Below are positions 13,285 through 25,776 of a stretch of 64,000 nt of DNA, piece by piece; positions within the stretch are counted from its first letter, which is position 1; each line of letters opens with the position of its first letter. A program made the translations under genes and the position numbers. The notes under the pieces were generated by a model. The model worked only from the letters and a program-made list of their open reading frames with translations. It ran no database searches and had not been told where the DNA came from. Where the stretch lies: positions 190,092,001-190,156,000 of the forward strand of contig OZ024741.1 in the NCBI GenBank assembly GCA_964016885.1. The letters run 5' to 3'. The stretch is from Eledone cirrhosa. Taxonomy: Eukaryota.

Positions 13285-15326
13285 TTAACCCTTTCGTTAC
13301 CAAACCGCCCGAAAAAAATTTTGGTTCATGTGACCAAGCTGCCCAAAACCGCCCGTACTCACACATTCATATTTAAATGAGAATATCAGAGCAAATCTTG
13401 TTAGTACATTCGTGAAAACACGTGATTATACTGCGTAAACAATTGAGCTACAGTTTTGGACAACGATCGACATGTTATTTTAATTCTGTGAATTTTGGGA
13501 GATTTTTTTCCAAATTTGTTCCTGTTGTGTTTTGAAAATTTGTAATTCTGACAAAAAAAAATGGATACCAATTTCATTCTTTGCAGTGAGTCAGAATTCA
13601 AAGGATTTTCCACTGAAGACCTTGAAAAATCTAACTCTATAACTGAAAAAAAAAAAAAAAGTACGTGGTATTTGATAATGAATCCGATGTTTCATTTTCC
13701 GAAAGTGAAAACAGTGAATCCGAGAGCTCCGATGACAGCGATAAAGAAAATGAATTGGCACCTGAATGGAGTAAAAATTTAAAAACTGTTTCTTTCAGTG
13801 ATTTTTGTGAAGAAACTGGACCAAGTCACAGTCTATCCCAGGAGAGCAAAGCTTTAGACTATTTCCTTTTACTTTTTCCTCTGAGCTTGTTTGAAATCAT
13901 TACGGCGGAAACAAACCGTTACGCTGAAAGTAAACAAAGCGAAAAAAAAGGATAGTTTGTGGTTTCCCACAAGCTTAAATGAAATTAGGGCTTATTTTGC
14001 CATAAATATTATTATGGGCATTAGAAAGCTACCCAGAATTACAAATTACTGGAATAGCGATGAACCCTTTGGATACGCATATGTCTCAAGTATAATGACG
14101 AGGACACGGTTTTTAAAATTGATGCATGTAAGAGACACGAGCAGTACACCAGTATGTGGAGAACCAAACTATGATCCCTTATTTAAAATAAGACCCCTCA
14201 TTGACTGTGTTCAAAACGCATATAAAACAGTTTACAAACCAGGGAGATATTTATCTATCGATGAGCGTATGGTGGGCTATAAAGGCCGAGTGCGTTTTCG
14301 ACAATATATGCCAGGAAAACCCACAAAATGAGGGATCAAAGTATAGAAGATTTGCAAATCGAATACTGGGTACTGCTCTGGATTTGAATTTTATACTGGC
14401 AAAAGAGACAATTATGTAAGTCAGCATGGCCTAGGGTATGATGTGGTCTGGAATTTATTACTTCCATACCATAACCAGGGCCGTATATTATTTTTTAACC
14501 GGTTTTTCAGTTCGGTCAAACTTGCGGTGAATTTAGATACTGTGGCAACACATACATGTGCTACAGTGATCGCTAGTAGAAAAGGACTGCCGTTGGATAT
14601 AAAAAAAAAAAAGCAAAATTAAAAAAAAAAAAAAAGGTGAAATAATTCAACGGCAGAAAGGAAATTTGCTAGCAACCACATACAGAGATAAGAGGCAGAT
14701 CAATTTTCTGTCTACCTGTGCATGGCCACATGTGGATGAAAATGGCACCCCATTTGTGAATCTCGATTATAACAGGTACATGGGTGGTGTAGATCTGATG
14801 AAACAGATGATGTCTTATTATCCAGTTGGCAGACCGGGGAATAAATGGTGGCGATACCTGGTTTGGTATATTGTAAATATGAGTATTACTAATGCGTTTA
14901 TACTATATACCAAATCGGGACCGGCTCGAAAGCGATGCGACCATCTGCAGTTCCGAGCAGATGTAGCAACACAATTAAGAGCTGGTTATTCCTAAAAAAA
15001 AAATAACTAGGTAGAAAAAACAAAGCCTGCCAGAGAGATATCCCTCTGAATTCAGCCGGTCTCCATAAATTAGAAGAAGAAAAAAAAAGAAAAAAAGAAA
15101 AAAAGAAAAAAAGAAAAAAAAAAGAAAAAAAAAAGAAAGAAAGGAAGAAAAAAAAAAATAAATAAATTGAGGGTCGCAAAAGGCAGTGTCGTGAATGCCT
15201 TCATCAAAAAAGGAAAGCTCCTAGTGGAAGGTCTGTTGAAACAACTTTCCAATGTGCATTCTGCAAGGTTGCATTATGTAGAGCAGGGTGCTTTACAAGT
15301 TTTCATGATAGGAATATTGTTTGATT
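13285..15326 (+). pseudogene. piggyBac transposon with disrupted transposase (left end intact, right TIR not found)
   Basis: TTAA-CCCTTTCG left end. Frameshifted ORF from 13561 with an acidic N-terminus, YDPLFKIRP, SIDERM, QYMPGKPTK*GIKV*, FFNRFF, YNRYMGGVD, KWWRYL, and the C-terminal Cys-rich domain CRECL...CAFCKVALC..GCFTSFH. Confidence 0.93.
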
Positions 15327-15924
15327 TGTATATATATATGTGATTTTATTTTATTAATATTTTCAAATTTACTTCCTTTTTCTTTTTTTTTATGTGTAAT
15401 TTTAATTTACCTTTAAGGTAAGTGACTCATCTAACCCATACAAATCAAATCTCAGCATAATTTTAACTTTGAATGTAAATCTACATCACTAAATAACACT
15501 AGAAATAATAACAATGATGATAACTTCTTGCATAAGCACATGGTCATACGTTTTGAGGAAGGGGTGGTCTCTATTCCATTGCCAACTACTTTACAGAGTG
15601 TACTGGGTATATTTTATCATGGTACCAACGTTTAGAGAGGTTATTTTGTTTGCCCCTTGTAATTAGAAGAGTAGTGACCAAAAGGTTGAATGACGAGACA
15701 GTATGATTATGAGTCTGAAAAGGGAAACAGAGATATATAGCAGAATGGGAAAGAGAGAGAACTGCAGTAAATACATATTTGTTGTTGGTAGGAAGTTGAG
15801 TAGAAAACAGCATAAGCAATGTGATGAGATAGCAGTAGGAACGTATCATGGTGGGAGAGAGCAAATGAAGAATGGATAACCGAAAAGTGGTGGAAAATAA
15901 GTGGTAGATGTCAGCTATCTCATA

Positions 15925-16215
15925 AGGAAAAGAGAATGTTGGTTAGCAGTAGAGTGTAATAGTACTGAATATGGGTATGAGTAATGGATATCAACAGATG
16001 TGAGTGATGGTAAGAAATAGTGATATATGTCAGCTAAGTATATTGTGGAGAAAAGAGAATGATGATTAGCAACAGTGAGTGACAGTACTGAATATGTATC
16101 TAAGTAATGGATACCAACAGACAAATGGTATGTAAAAGTGTTAAATACCAACTACTAGTCTATTAGGAACTGAGAATGATGGTTATTGGTAGAGAATGAC
16201 AGTACTGAATGTATA
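15925..16215. repeat. Degenerate tandem repeat, about 120-bp period, 3 copies
   Basis: gagaatg.tg.tta...ag.g..acagtactgaat recurs near 15930, 16053 and 16172. Confidence 0.7.
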
Positions 16216-17114
16216 AATCTGTTTGCATCTCTTATTACAGACATTGTTAAAAGAGTGATCAGGAGAGAGGGGTAAAATGACTATAATAGGTATGATAATG
16301 GTGAAGGAATGAAATGCACTCCTTTACTTTGTCAGCAAGACACATTGAACAGATATTAAGAATTAAAAACTGTTTCTCCAATGCTTGCACCAATAGACTG
16401 GTCTTCTCCAGCACAACACACCAGTCATCAGTTCTTTATCATCATCTTCATAATGTTCAACTTCTTACAGTCAGTCTTCTGGGTTTCTCCTTGTATTTTG
16501 TTTTGTTTCATATATTAACTACATATCGTCATCGTTTAGCATCCATGTTCCATGTTTTCATGGGTTAGACGGGTCGTCCACGTCAAGAGACATGTCTGGC
16601 CAGAATTGGCCACGCCGTACCTTGCTCCAATGAGACTGTAAACTTAGCCAGGGATTTTACAGCTGAATGCCCTTCATAACACCAACCACATTTATAGTGT
16701 GGTACTGGATGGCAGTTATGAAGAGGGAGAGGCAAGTTGGCTGCGCTGAACCCATCTCACAGCGGAACCAATAGTTTTAGAGCCCAGAAGTGAATGGCAC
16801 CACTCTAAGGTGGGGGGGGGGGGGGGGGGGACTGGCCAGTTGGCCGCGTCGAACCCTTCTTATAGTGGAACCACAGTTTGTGAGCCTGAGACTGGATGGC
16901 ACTGCTTTGAGGAAAGACATTATATATAGATATAGTTCAAAAACACAAACAAACAAACGTAGGAGTCAATAGTACATAGTGTTATTAGTTTCACGCTTGG
17001 GAAGAGTAAGATATATCTTCAGTCGATCGACTTTCGTCAAATCGGACCGAGGAAACAATGTTTCCATTGGTCTTTCCAATTACTAATACTATCTATCAGT
17101 CGAAACTCCAGGTA

Positions 17115-17237
17115 GAAGGAGCAACATGAAATAAAGTGTCTTGCTCAAGGACATCACGCATTACCCGGTCTGGGAATCGAACTCACAACATCACGATTGC
17201 GAATCCAATTCTCTTATCACTCAGCCTCGCGCCTTCG
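17115..17237 (-). mobile_element. CORE-SINE head fragment
   Basis: gaaataaagtgtcttgctcaagga...gaatcgaactcacaac is the reverse complement of the 7883 family head. Confidence 0.75.
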
Positions 17238-17246
17238 CAGTGGGAG

Positions 17247-17277
<31 letters not shown>

Positions 17278-17281
<4 letters not shown>

Positions 17282-18285
17282 TCATTTTACGTCCGCTTTT
17301 TCCTGCTTGCAAGGGTTTGACGGGTGTTATTCAGCACAGCATCTCTCCACTTGTACACGGTCCTTCGTCATCTACTGCGTCTTCCTTCTACTGGGATTTC
17401 TTGGCACTTCTTTACCTAGCGGTCATCCTTCATACGCATCACATGTCCATACCATCTCAGCCTTCTCTCTTGCACACCACAACTTATCCCTCTTATACCC
17501 AGTTTCTTTCTCAACTCCTCTATGCTTGGTCCATACTTGCTTCATTTCTCTCCAGCCGTCGCATATCCTCTGCAGTTGCTGCCCATGTCTCACTACCATG
17601 CAGCATCGCGCATCTCACACAGGCATCATATAACCGTCCTTTCATACTTTGTCAACAAAGGAAGCAGCTCCTTAAACTTCTTCCAACCCGTCATTCTACG
17701 TACTATGGCCTCGGAACTCCCCCCTCTCATGCTAATCTGATCACCTCGGTACCGGAAGCTATCAACCACTTCTATAGAACCCACCTGCATTGGAAAAATG
17801 TGCCTATCACTGCGATTACTACTGCCAACTTTCCCTGTACATCTACTGCATATGTAGGTTTCCCTACCTGTTAGTTTGCCTGCTATCCCACTACATCTCT
17901 TATGTACCCAAGATCTGCATTGCGTACATTTTATGGAATTTATGCCAGTTCCTTTCCTACATATCGAACAAGAGTTTTGTCCTCTCTTCTACTTATCAAC
18001 ACTTTTGTCTTGGCTACGTTCACTCTCAGTGCTCTTGATTCCAACTGCTGTTTCCATAGCCAGAATTTATTCTCTAGCTCCTCTGATTCTGCTATAAGAA
18101 CCAGATCGTCATCATAGAGAAGTTCCCATGGACAGCCAGTCTTAAACTCCTCTGTTATGGCTTGGAGGACTATAATGAACAAGAGCAGGCTGAGGACCGA
18201 ACTCTGATGTACACCTACTTGTATCTGGAATTCCTCACTAAACTCCTCTCACTATACTGACAGCACCTCTGTACATAGCTTGCAC
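17278..18285 (-). mobile_element. 5'-truncated, internally deleted RTE-clade LINE (RT pseudogene)
   Basis: VHQSSVLSLLLFIIVLQAITEEFKTGCPWELLYDDDLVLIA (RT YADD region). Followed by C-terminal remnants and a (GAT)n tail next to (TA)n. Confidence 0.9.
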
Positions 18286-18464
18286 TATAAATTAATGTGA
18301 GGGTTTCTAAATCAAGAATAACATTAACTGATGGAAGGATGTATAGTAAATTTATCATTTAGAGGGAGGGGGGGGGGTGACTTCAATCTTTGCTTGCCTT
18401 GAAGTGTAATATACCTGTAGGATGAGAAAAGTATTTATATGCATGCACAGTATGTTGATATTTT

Positions 18465-18650
18465 TATCAGTACTTATGTGCACTACAACTTATCAAAAGT
18501 GCATGTATAATACATAGAATAATGTACAAATGCCAGGAAAGTAAACAGTGTATGAATCATGATATACACACAGATAGATGCATGCATGTGTATGGAGGGG
18601 GAATATCAGGTGTAATGTTGGCAAATTTTGAGAAGCATGGAAATTATTGC
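18465..18650 (-). mobile_element. CR1/L2-like LINE 3' end (decayed)
   Basis: Similar to 36545-36800. Confidence 0.6.
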
Positions 18651-19857
18651 TATACATACATTTAGTAGATATACATAGAGTTATACACCTATGATGAGAC
18701 GTCTGTAGATCAATATATACAGGAAAAATGTCAACGAAGAGAATTGCAGAGGGTTGCAGTTCTGGCAAGAACTGACTGGAGAGAAAGTGTTTAGTGTGGG
18801 AAATGAAACAATGAGGATGACAAGGAGAAAAGATATGTAGAAAGAGTATGAGTGAGCTGGTTCAGAGAAACAGAAGTCTCTGTAGTAGTGATAGAAGAAA
18901 ATGTATTTGTGAATCTTGTAGTTGCAGCATCTGTCTGAGTGAATTTTTGCCTATCAGTTAGATGGATTTTATTTGAATTCAGTCTAGGATGTCTGTGTGG
19001 TAGAGGAGGGTGGAATATCAGTACTCATCAGGCTATAACAATGTAAACTGATTATTGCACATCAATTTAGTAGCTCTGATACACAGCTTGCTTACTGCCT
19101 CTGTACAAACTAATACTGCAAATAGTCACATTGCTTGGAGAGCAGTTACACAAATTCCATCATGAATTAGTAGGAACTAACAGTTTTACTAACCACAAGA
19201 CATCTGCAGCTTTACCAGCAACTATAACAAACTACACAGCTTTTACATTTCACTACACTGCATCAACATTCATACACAAATGAATGTTGAACTATTATAA
19301 CTACAAGCTAATGCACCTTACACAATTTACATTTACAAACCATAGCAGCTTACATTTTAAAGATCCTTTGACCAATGTTACATTAACAAAATCTTAATTC
19401 CAAATAAAACTCTTCATTTAGCTAAATGAACCCAGTTCCCCTAAAATATATATTTCTTCCCTTTCATTGTTGTCCAAAAAAAATTACACACTATAACCAC
19501 ACATGGCATTCCAAATGTATTCATACCCTGTGTAACACCTCACTTTTATCAGTGTTGACGTTTTTAAGATTGTTATGTATTTCTCTCTAATTGTCTTGCA
19601 TTCTTTTTTACAAAGACATGAACGAATGTTTTATATAACTTATTACTTGCATTAATTCATCCCACAATTTAGACCAGGCAAGATCCTACACACCAGATCT
19701 CTCATCTTTTTTTTTTCTGATGAAGAACTAGCATCTGAAATGTTAAAACTTTTTTCCTACTATATCAAGTGTTACTAATATACCATCATTACATTGTTCT
19801 CCTGCCATTACTTTTCTTATATACATACATAATATGATGATACATACACACAAATGC

Positions 19858-19890
<33 letters not shown>

Positions 19891-20392
19891 ATACACAAAT
19901 GAATATATGAGGGATGAACATCTATACAATAATAGAAGTGTTCGCATTGCAAATGACCAAGTTAGCTAGGTTGAAAAAATACTAATTTAACATATGGTTT
20001 GCCTGTCTCGATTTAAAATAATAAATCAATAAAAATAACAAACCTATATTGGTAATGGCCGTGATACCTGGACAAATTTTAAATCTGTTTGACAAATTTT
20101 AAATTTGTTTCGCAACAATTAAGTGAAAGTTACTATTCCTGTGCTCTTCTGCAGGTATCCAGAAATTGGTACCTTCCACTTCAAAATACTTAAGAAGATT
20201 GAGAAACACGTGTTGCTGAACGCACGTGTGTTCCAGCGCCTAACTCGTCTCATATCCGTGCCGCTAAAAATAGCAGTCGGTTTTATGGGACTAAAAATTA
20301 GCTCAACGCATGGAGCCGTGAATATGAAATATTGAGTTATAAAAGACTATTTCGAGTTTATAATTCGATATTTCATATATATATATATATAT

Positions 20393-20960
20393 AGTGGCTG
20401 CCAACTCGTTTTCGAGTACGGCCACTACTTTATATCCATGTAGGAGAACCCCTACCGATGCGCTGAACGAGTGTGACTTTTTAGTCCAGCCAGCGACTTG
20501 AAAACTCTGGTACAAACACTACACTTGTGACAATTATTGACACAGTGCTGGGCCCATGGTACCATGTGACGACAAGTGCAGAGAGATCTCCAGATATAAA
20601 GCAATGCCTGTGCCGTGAAGCTTTTATAGTGAGCAAAGGCACTGCTCAAAGTCAGTCCCACTTTCTTAACCAAGATGATATTTACCAAAAAGAAGAACAA
20701 GTCAACATCATTGGATACCATCAGGGTTGCAGGTGTTATATCAGAGTTTTCCTTCTCCTAGAATTCTGCCTTAAAGGCTAAGGGGTCATCTCTACCGGTG
20801 ATTTTGGATGGCCATTGACTATTAAGAGCTCCTTTGCCCTTTCACAGGTTTTGTTTTTAGTCCTGCAGGATGTCCAAAGTCACCCTCCTCACCAAGAAAC
20901 CTTGGTGGGGTTGCCAGTTTAGTCGCCAACGACCCAACCATGGGACAGGTTGTACTGGAA
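20393..20960 (-). mobile_element. BovB-like RTE remnant with terminal C2H2 finger
   Basis: Ends in CSVCTRVFKSLAGLKSHTRSAH*, then a short UTR with a gtactcg..cgagt stem, then (TA)n. This C-terminus is typical of RTE ORFs. Confidence 0.6.
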
Positions 20961-21254
20961 TAGATTATATAAAAAAGCATGTGGGAAGTAGATTTCTTTA
21001 TTCATTTTGGCTATTTAGGGGATGGAGGGCTTCATTGTATAGGAAAATTTTATTTAAACTCGTTTAAATAATGTTTTGTTTCGTGTATGCATTTCTTTTT
21101 TATGATTTATTTAGATTCTTTGTATTTATCTGGTTTATAAGTTTAGAATAAATTTTAATGTTTATTTCATTTATACAGGTCTATTTAATATTTTAGTTTG
21201 CCATTTGAATTATTTCAAGATATTTTTTTAGTTATTAATTTAGACATATATTGT

Positions 21255-21587
21255 TTAACCCTTTAGCATTCACATTACTCTATATTTACTATTGTATTTT
21301 TGCAGTAAAGGTTTTATCTCGCATCATTATTTCACAATCCCGCCGAGGTTAACTTTGCCTTTCATCCTTACGGGGGTCGATAAAATAAAGTACCAGTAAT
21401 ACACTGGATAAATTGCTGGCCTTGTGCCTAACGTAGAAACAATTATTTCACATAATATTGAATCTGAGATTTTGATGTTATTTATTCTGAAAACAACACC
21501 TTAAAATCAGTATGAAGGGCTGGTTTGAACAGAAAGAGGTGAGAGAATTCCGACTGAATACAGCCGGTTTAAATGCTAAAGGGTTAA
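21255..21587 (+). mobile_element. MITE family 1 carrying a 5'-truncated Meta-type SINE (21337-21441)
   Basis: TTAA/TIR at both ends. The SINE is flanked by an 11-bp duplication attatttcaca (21326-21336, 21442-21452). Confidence 0.88.
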
Positions 21588-21812
21588 TAATTTACCTAAG
21601 TTAACTTCAATAGCTTTTAGCTTTGAGACTTTTCATTGTTGGTTAAGTGTTTGAGATTAGAGTTTCTTTGCTTTTATTACTACTCACACTTGTTTCTGAA
21701 ATTGACTTTCACATTAATTTTTTTTTTTAAGTTATGTTTTATGCCATTAAATAAGTATTATCACGTGATTGCAGAGGTTTCAGTTTGTTAGGCAAGATAG
21801 TGCTCTAGTGTT

Positions 21813-22021
21813 TTAACCCTTTAGCATTTAAACCGGCCAGAATTCTCTCACTTTTTTCTGTTAAAACTGGCTGCTCATATTGATGTTAAAGTATTGTTCT
21901 CAAAATAATTAATATCAAAATCTCATAGATTCAATATTATGGGAGATAATTATGTGAGGTAAAGCATTTACCACGAAAATACCATAGTATATATAGAGTG
22001 ATGTTAATGCTAAAGGGTTAA
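21813..22021 (-). mobile_element. MITE family 1
   Basis: TTAA-ccctttagcattta ... atgctaaaggg-TTAA. Confidence 0.88.
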
Positions 22022-23292
22022 ATACATTTATCTGTTAGTCATAGGAATAGACCTGGATGGTGTAGATTATTACACAATGGGGTTGTAGTTGCTGCAGTTA
22101 ATAATTGTTTGTTATACAGAAACTATGTAATATGAGAGCTGCAGCGTGAACAAGTCTGTCTCCCCCATACTGGTATTTAGAGAAGGTTAGAGGTTGGGTT
22201 TACAGAGTATGAGTCAGGATATATGAATGAAGTTTGAGGTAGGAATTATGGATGATGTCTTGGATCAAGTATAAATATTTAGTTTGTAATTGGTTTTGTT
22301 TTAATGAGTGTATTAGTTACGAGTTTGGCATTCAATGGTCAAATAAATAACCCTGGAGATGGGAAAAAGTGGACAGAACCACCTTTGAATTGAATTTGAT
22401 CAACAAAGTGAATTGACCCATGCATGTCACATGCCAGATGCCAGTATTTGGCCATTACACCAAAGCGCCTCTAGACAATCCTTTCCATCATTTATAAACT
22501 TTAGCAGCTCAAGCTAGAAATCTAAACATTAGTTCATTTTGAAGCATTGATGAAATTTGAAAATAGGTTTGCTCTTTGAAAAATTGCCACAATCCCATCT
22601 GATGTCAGATGCTTGGTTTGATTCCTGCAGGTGGTTCTGTTCAATTTTTTTTATCCATCTCCAGAGGTATTTTACCCAACTTATTTTACTATTATATAAA
22701 GTTCATCTGCATTGTGGTGGCTTTTCAAAAAGCAAACGTATTTTCAAATTTCCTGAATGCTTTAAAACCGAACAAATACATACATGTACATATTTTACCA
22801 GTTAAGAAGACCCTTCAGTCGTGTCTAACACACAACTTCTCTAGTGCTGGTGTCATAATAAAATGCACCCAGAAGAAGGTGAGACAGGTCTGTGATAGAC
22901 CTGCCCTGCTCTTGCTCGCAAGGAACATGGACGTTAACTGATGATGATAAACTATTCCAGTTCAATGAACTGAATGACCTACCTTTTGAATTAGAGTACA
23001 ACGTGACTGAGTATTCCAGAAACACATGTACCCATAACATCATTTTCAAGTGGGATCAGTGCAGCAAGACTGCATCTTTGACTTACAGGTAGTCCCTCGA
23101 GATGAGCTTCTATACAGGTAGTCCCTCGAGATGAGCTTCTATGCAGTTAACGTCTAATTAATTTCACTCACAAGGTTTTTGGTTGAACTGAGGCTCTGGA
23201 CAATGACACTTGCTCAAGATGTGATGCAATAGGATTAAACCCCAGGAGTTTGTGATTGTGAAGCAAACTTCAGCCACACTTGTGTCTATGTC

Positions 23293-23327
<35 letters not shown>

Positions 23328-23527
23328 ATAAATAAATAACTACAGTGTTTAACTCTGGACTTGTTTGTTTTTAACTTTCGATCCATTGAGTGCTTTGTGA
23401 TTGCCTCAAAACAAATCGAATAGTACTTGCTGTACTGCAGCAAAAATTTGATTTACAAATATTATATATATACATATATCCACATAAAACATTATTTAAT
23501 ACAGAGATTAAGGTTTAAATTGCTAAC

Positions 23528-23609
23528 CTTGTATTTTTCAAGTTCATTATCCACATTCATGGCCAACTCCGGGCATGTGGTATTGTGGTAGTCAATGAGA
23601 TTCTTGAAT
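23528..23609 (-). CDS. ADSS: ADSS exon F (82 nt; RFKNLIDYHNTTCPELAMNVDNELEKYK)
   Basis: Open frame with ttgtag| and |gttagc. Phase 2/0 exactly bridges exons E and G. Resembles the variable helical segment of eukaryotic ADSS (F..L...Y....P.L...V..EL.KYK). Confidence 0.9.
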
Positions 23610-24470
23610 CTACAACGGAAAATTGATAGTAGTAGAAATTGTGTGTAAACATTTGTGCAAAGATGACAAGATGAGGGCTGAGATACTCACTGCGCACTCC
23701 CTGGAAGGAGAGTAATGCAAAGGAGTGTTCAATATTTAAAACAAACTTCAAATAAATCAGAACAACATCAGAACAAAGCTTTTTTTTTTTTTTTTTTTTT
23801 TTTTGTCTTTTCTTTTTTAGTCAGAATATGAAAAATAAAAAAAAACTTTATGTACCCAGATTTACTGAAAATTTATTGTTTAAAGTTTAGAAAGGATAAC
23901 AAAAAAAAAAAAAAAAAAAAATACAAAGAGAAATGAAAAAGAGAAAATTGATCCATCATAGGAGTGGCAACACCACGAAATAATCACACAGAGAAAAGAA
24001 AACATTGAAGAGAAAAATAAATGTTAAGATTTTGCCAAGCCAGAGAGTTGCTAAATCATCTAGATATACTCACAAGTGGAGAATATATATTTGTGTAAAG
24101 GTGTGAGTAACCTGCTTACTTGAAAAGCACTGGTCACATGTGAAGTCCCATACTCAAAAATGTAGGACTATCCTGAGAAACATGTATTAGAAATACAACA
24201 ACCAGCAATACAAACAAATTGATTTTAACAAAACAACACAGTTGGAGGAAGGCTTTATGGGGAAGGTTGCTGAAAAAACTTTGGGTATAAACTATGAGAA
24301 AGCTTACTCTGATTGTGTTGTTTTCACAGCAGTGTGTACCAGTAGGCTGTTTGTTTATCTGAATCACCAGAGAAATTAATAATGACACTGGTAACATCAA
24401 TATATATACACATACACACACATATATATATACATATACTAATTCATACATTTATATATATATATATATT

Positions 24471-24817
24471 TCATCTCATTTCATTTCATTTCATTTCACG
24501 TCCACTTTTTCCCTGCTTGCAAGGGTGAGACAGGAACCGATTCTTGGTTGATTTCTACAGCTGGATGCCCTTCCTAACACCAACCTCGTTTACAGTGAGT
24601 GCTGGGTGCTTTTTTGCCGTGGCGCCTCCACGACCACTTTGCAGTGGAATGATAGGGACCCCAGTCCCTATCATCTCATTTCTACAGCTGAGTAAACTGG
24701 AGCAATGTGAAATAAAGTGTCTTGCTCAAGGAAACAACACATCACTCGGTCTGAGAATTGAACTCACAACCTTTCGATTGCAAGGCCAATGCTCTCACCA
24801 CTAAGCCATGTGCCTCC
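24471..24817 (-). mobile_element. CORE-SINE with RTE tail, close copy of 7883-8250 in opposite orientation
   Basis: ORF-track peptides 7896-8162 and 24544-24804 are nearly identical. Its tail is (AATGA)n. Confidence 0.88.
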
Positions 24818-25229
24818 ATATATGTGTGCGTGTGTGCATGTGTGAGTGTGAGTGTGTATATATTCCAACAATATACACACTGAAGTAAAATTCAATCTCT
24901 TATAAATGTTACTCCACCCATCCGACCACCATTTATAGTTTAAATTTTTTTTTTTTTAAATCTATTATCTTATATCACTCGTCAAAATGGAAAATATGTC
25001 ACTCTTGAAGTCATGCAAATTTATGAACTACAGAAACCAAAGGAAGTTAGAATTTTACATTTTAAGGTAAATGTTCCACGATACACAAAGTTCACAAAAG
25101 GCCACGACTTAGTACTTGAGTAAAACTGCACATAATGAATTAGCAGTAAAAATGCATGTTATATTTGAAATAATAATGAAAATTATCGTGTAGTGCTCAG
25201 GTGCACTACAATAAAAATTTATGTTAAAA

Positions 25230-25691
25230 TGGGAGATTAGCTTATATTCGAGGTCAATATTTCACTGATTTTTATGAAGTTCAAAATTCTACATAAATGA
25301 GGTGCTACAATATTTTCACTTAGGAGGTGATGACTATTACACGGATTTCACTTTTGATATGAAATTCATATTTCCTATTGTTTTTTTGTGTTTTGAATTA
25401 ATACAGCCTTCAAAAATTGATTTTAAAAAAAACAAAAAAAACATGTAATGGAGCTGTGATACACAAACTATATTCTAAACACTTACATTTTAAATATCAA
25501 AATATTAAAACTTCATAAATATTTTCCCCAGTCTTGAGAATTTCAAAACCTCACCATCTAAACATAATATATTGATTAGCTGCCCTGGCTTTCAACAGGG
25601 TTTGAATTTTTACCTATTTCTCAGGCATAAAATTCAGGGCAGGGAATGTCAGCTACTATTCGGATCGGCTTTTATTCGAGTATATACAGTA
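25230..25691. mobile_element. Tc1/mariner (pogo/Tc2-like) non-autonomous remnant
   Basis: Terminus cggcttttattcgagtatatacagTA resembles the TACCGTATATACTCGA..TAAGCCG TIR class. An internal gcttatattcgag copy lies at about 25240. The other end was not found. Confidence 0.4.
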
Positions 25692-25743
25692 GTTAAATTT
25701 TTTTTTACTTGCTAACAAAAATTCTTTTTAATTTTTAATTGAA

Positions 25744-25744
<1 letters not shown>

Positions 25745-25776
<32 letters not shown>

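Noticed and set aside
14898-15252. Phe-rich membrane-protein-like ORFs
   Set aside because: Antisense reading of the poly(A) expansion.
13561-15326. Domesticated PGBD host gene
   Set aside because: Stops, frameshifts, a mutated catalytic Asp and a retained transposon end indicate a dead element.
20452-20721. Stand-alone C2H2 zinc-finger gene
   Set aside because: A single terminal finger followed by a LINE-like tail fits an RTE C-terminus better.
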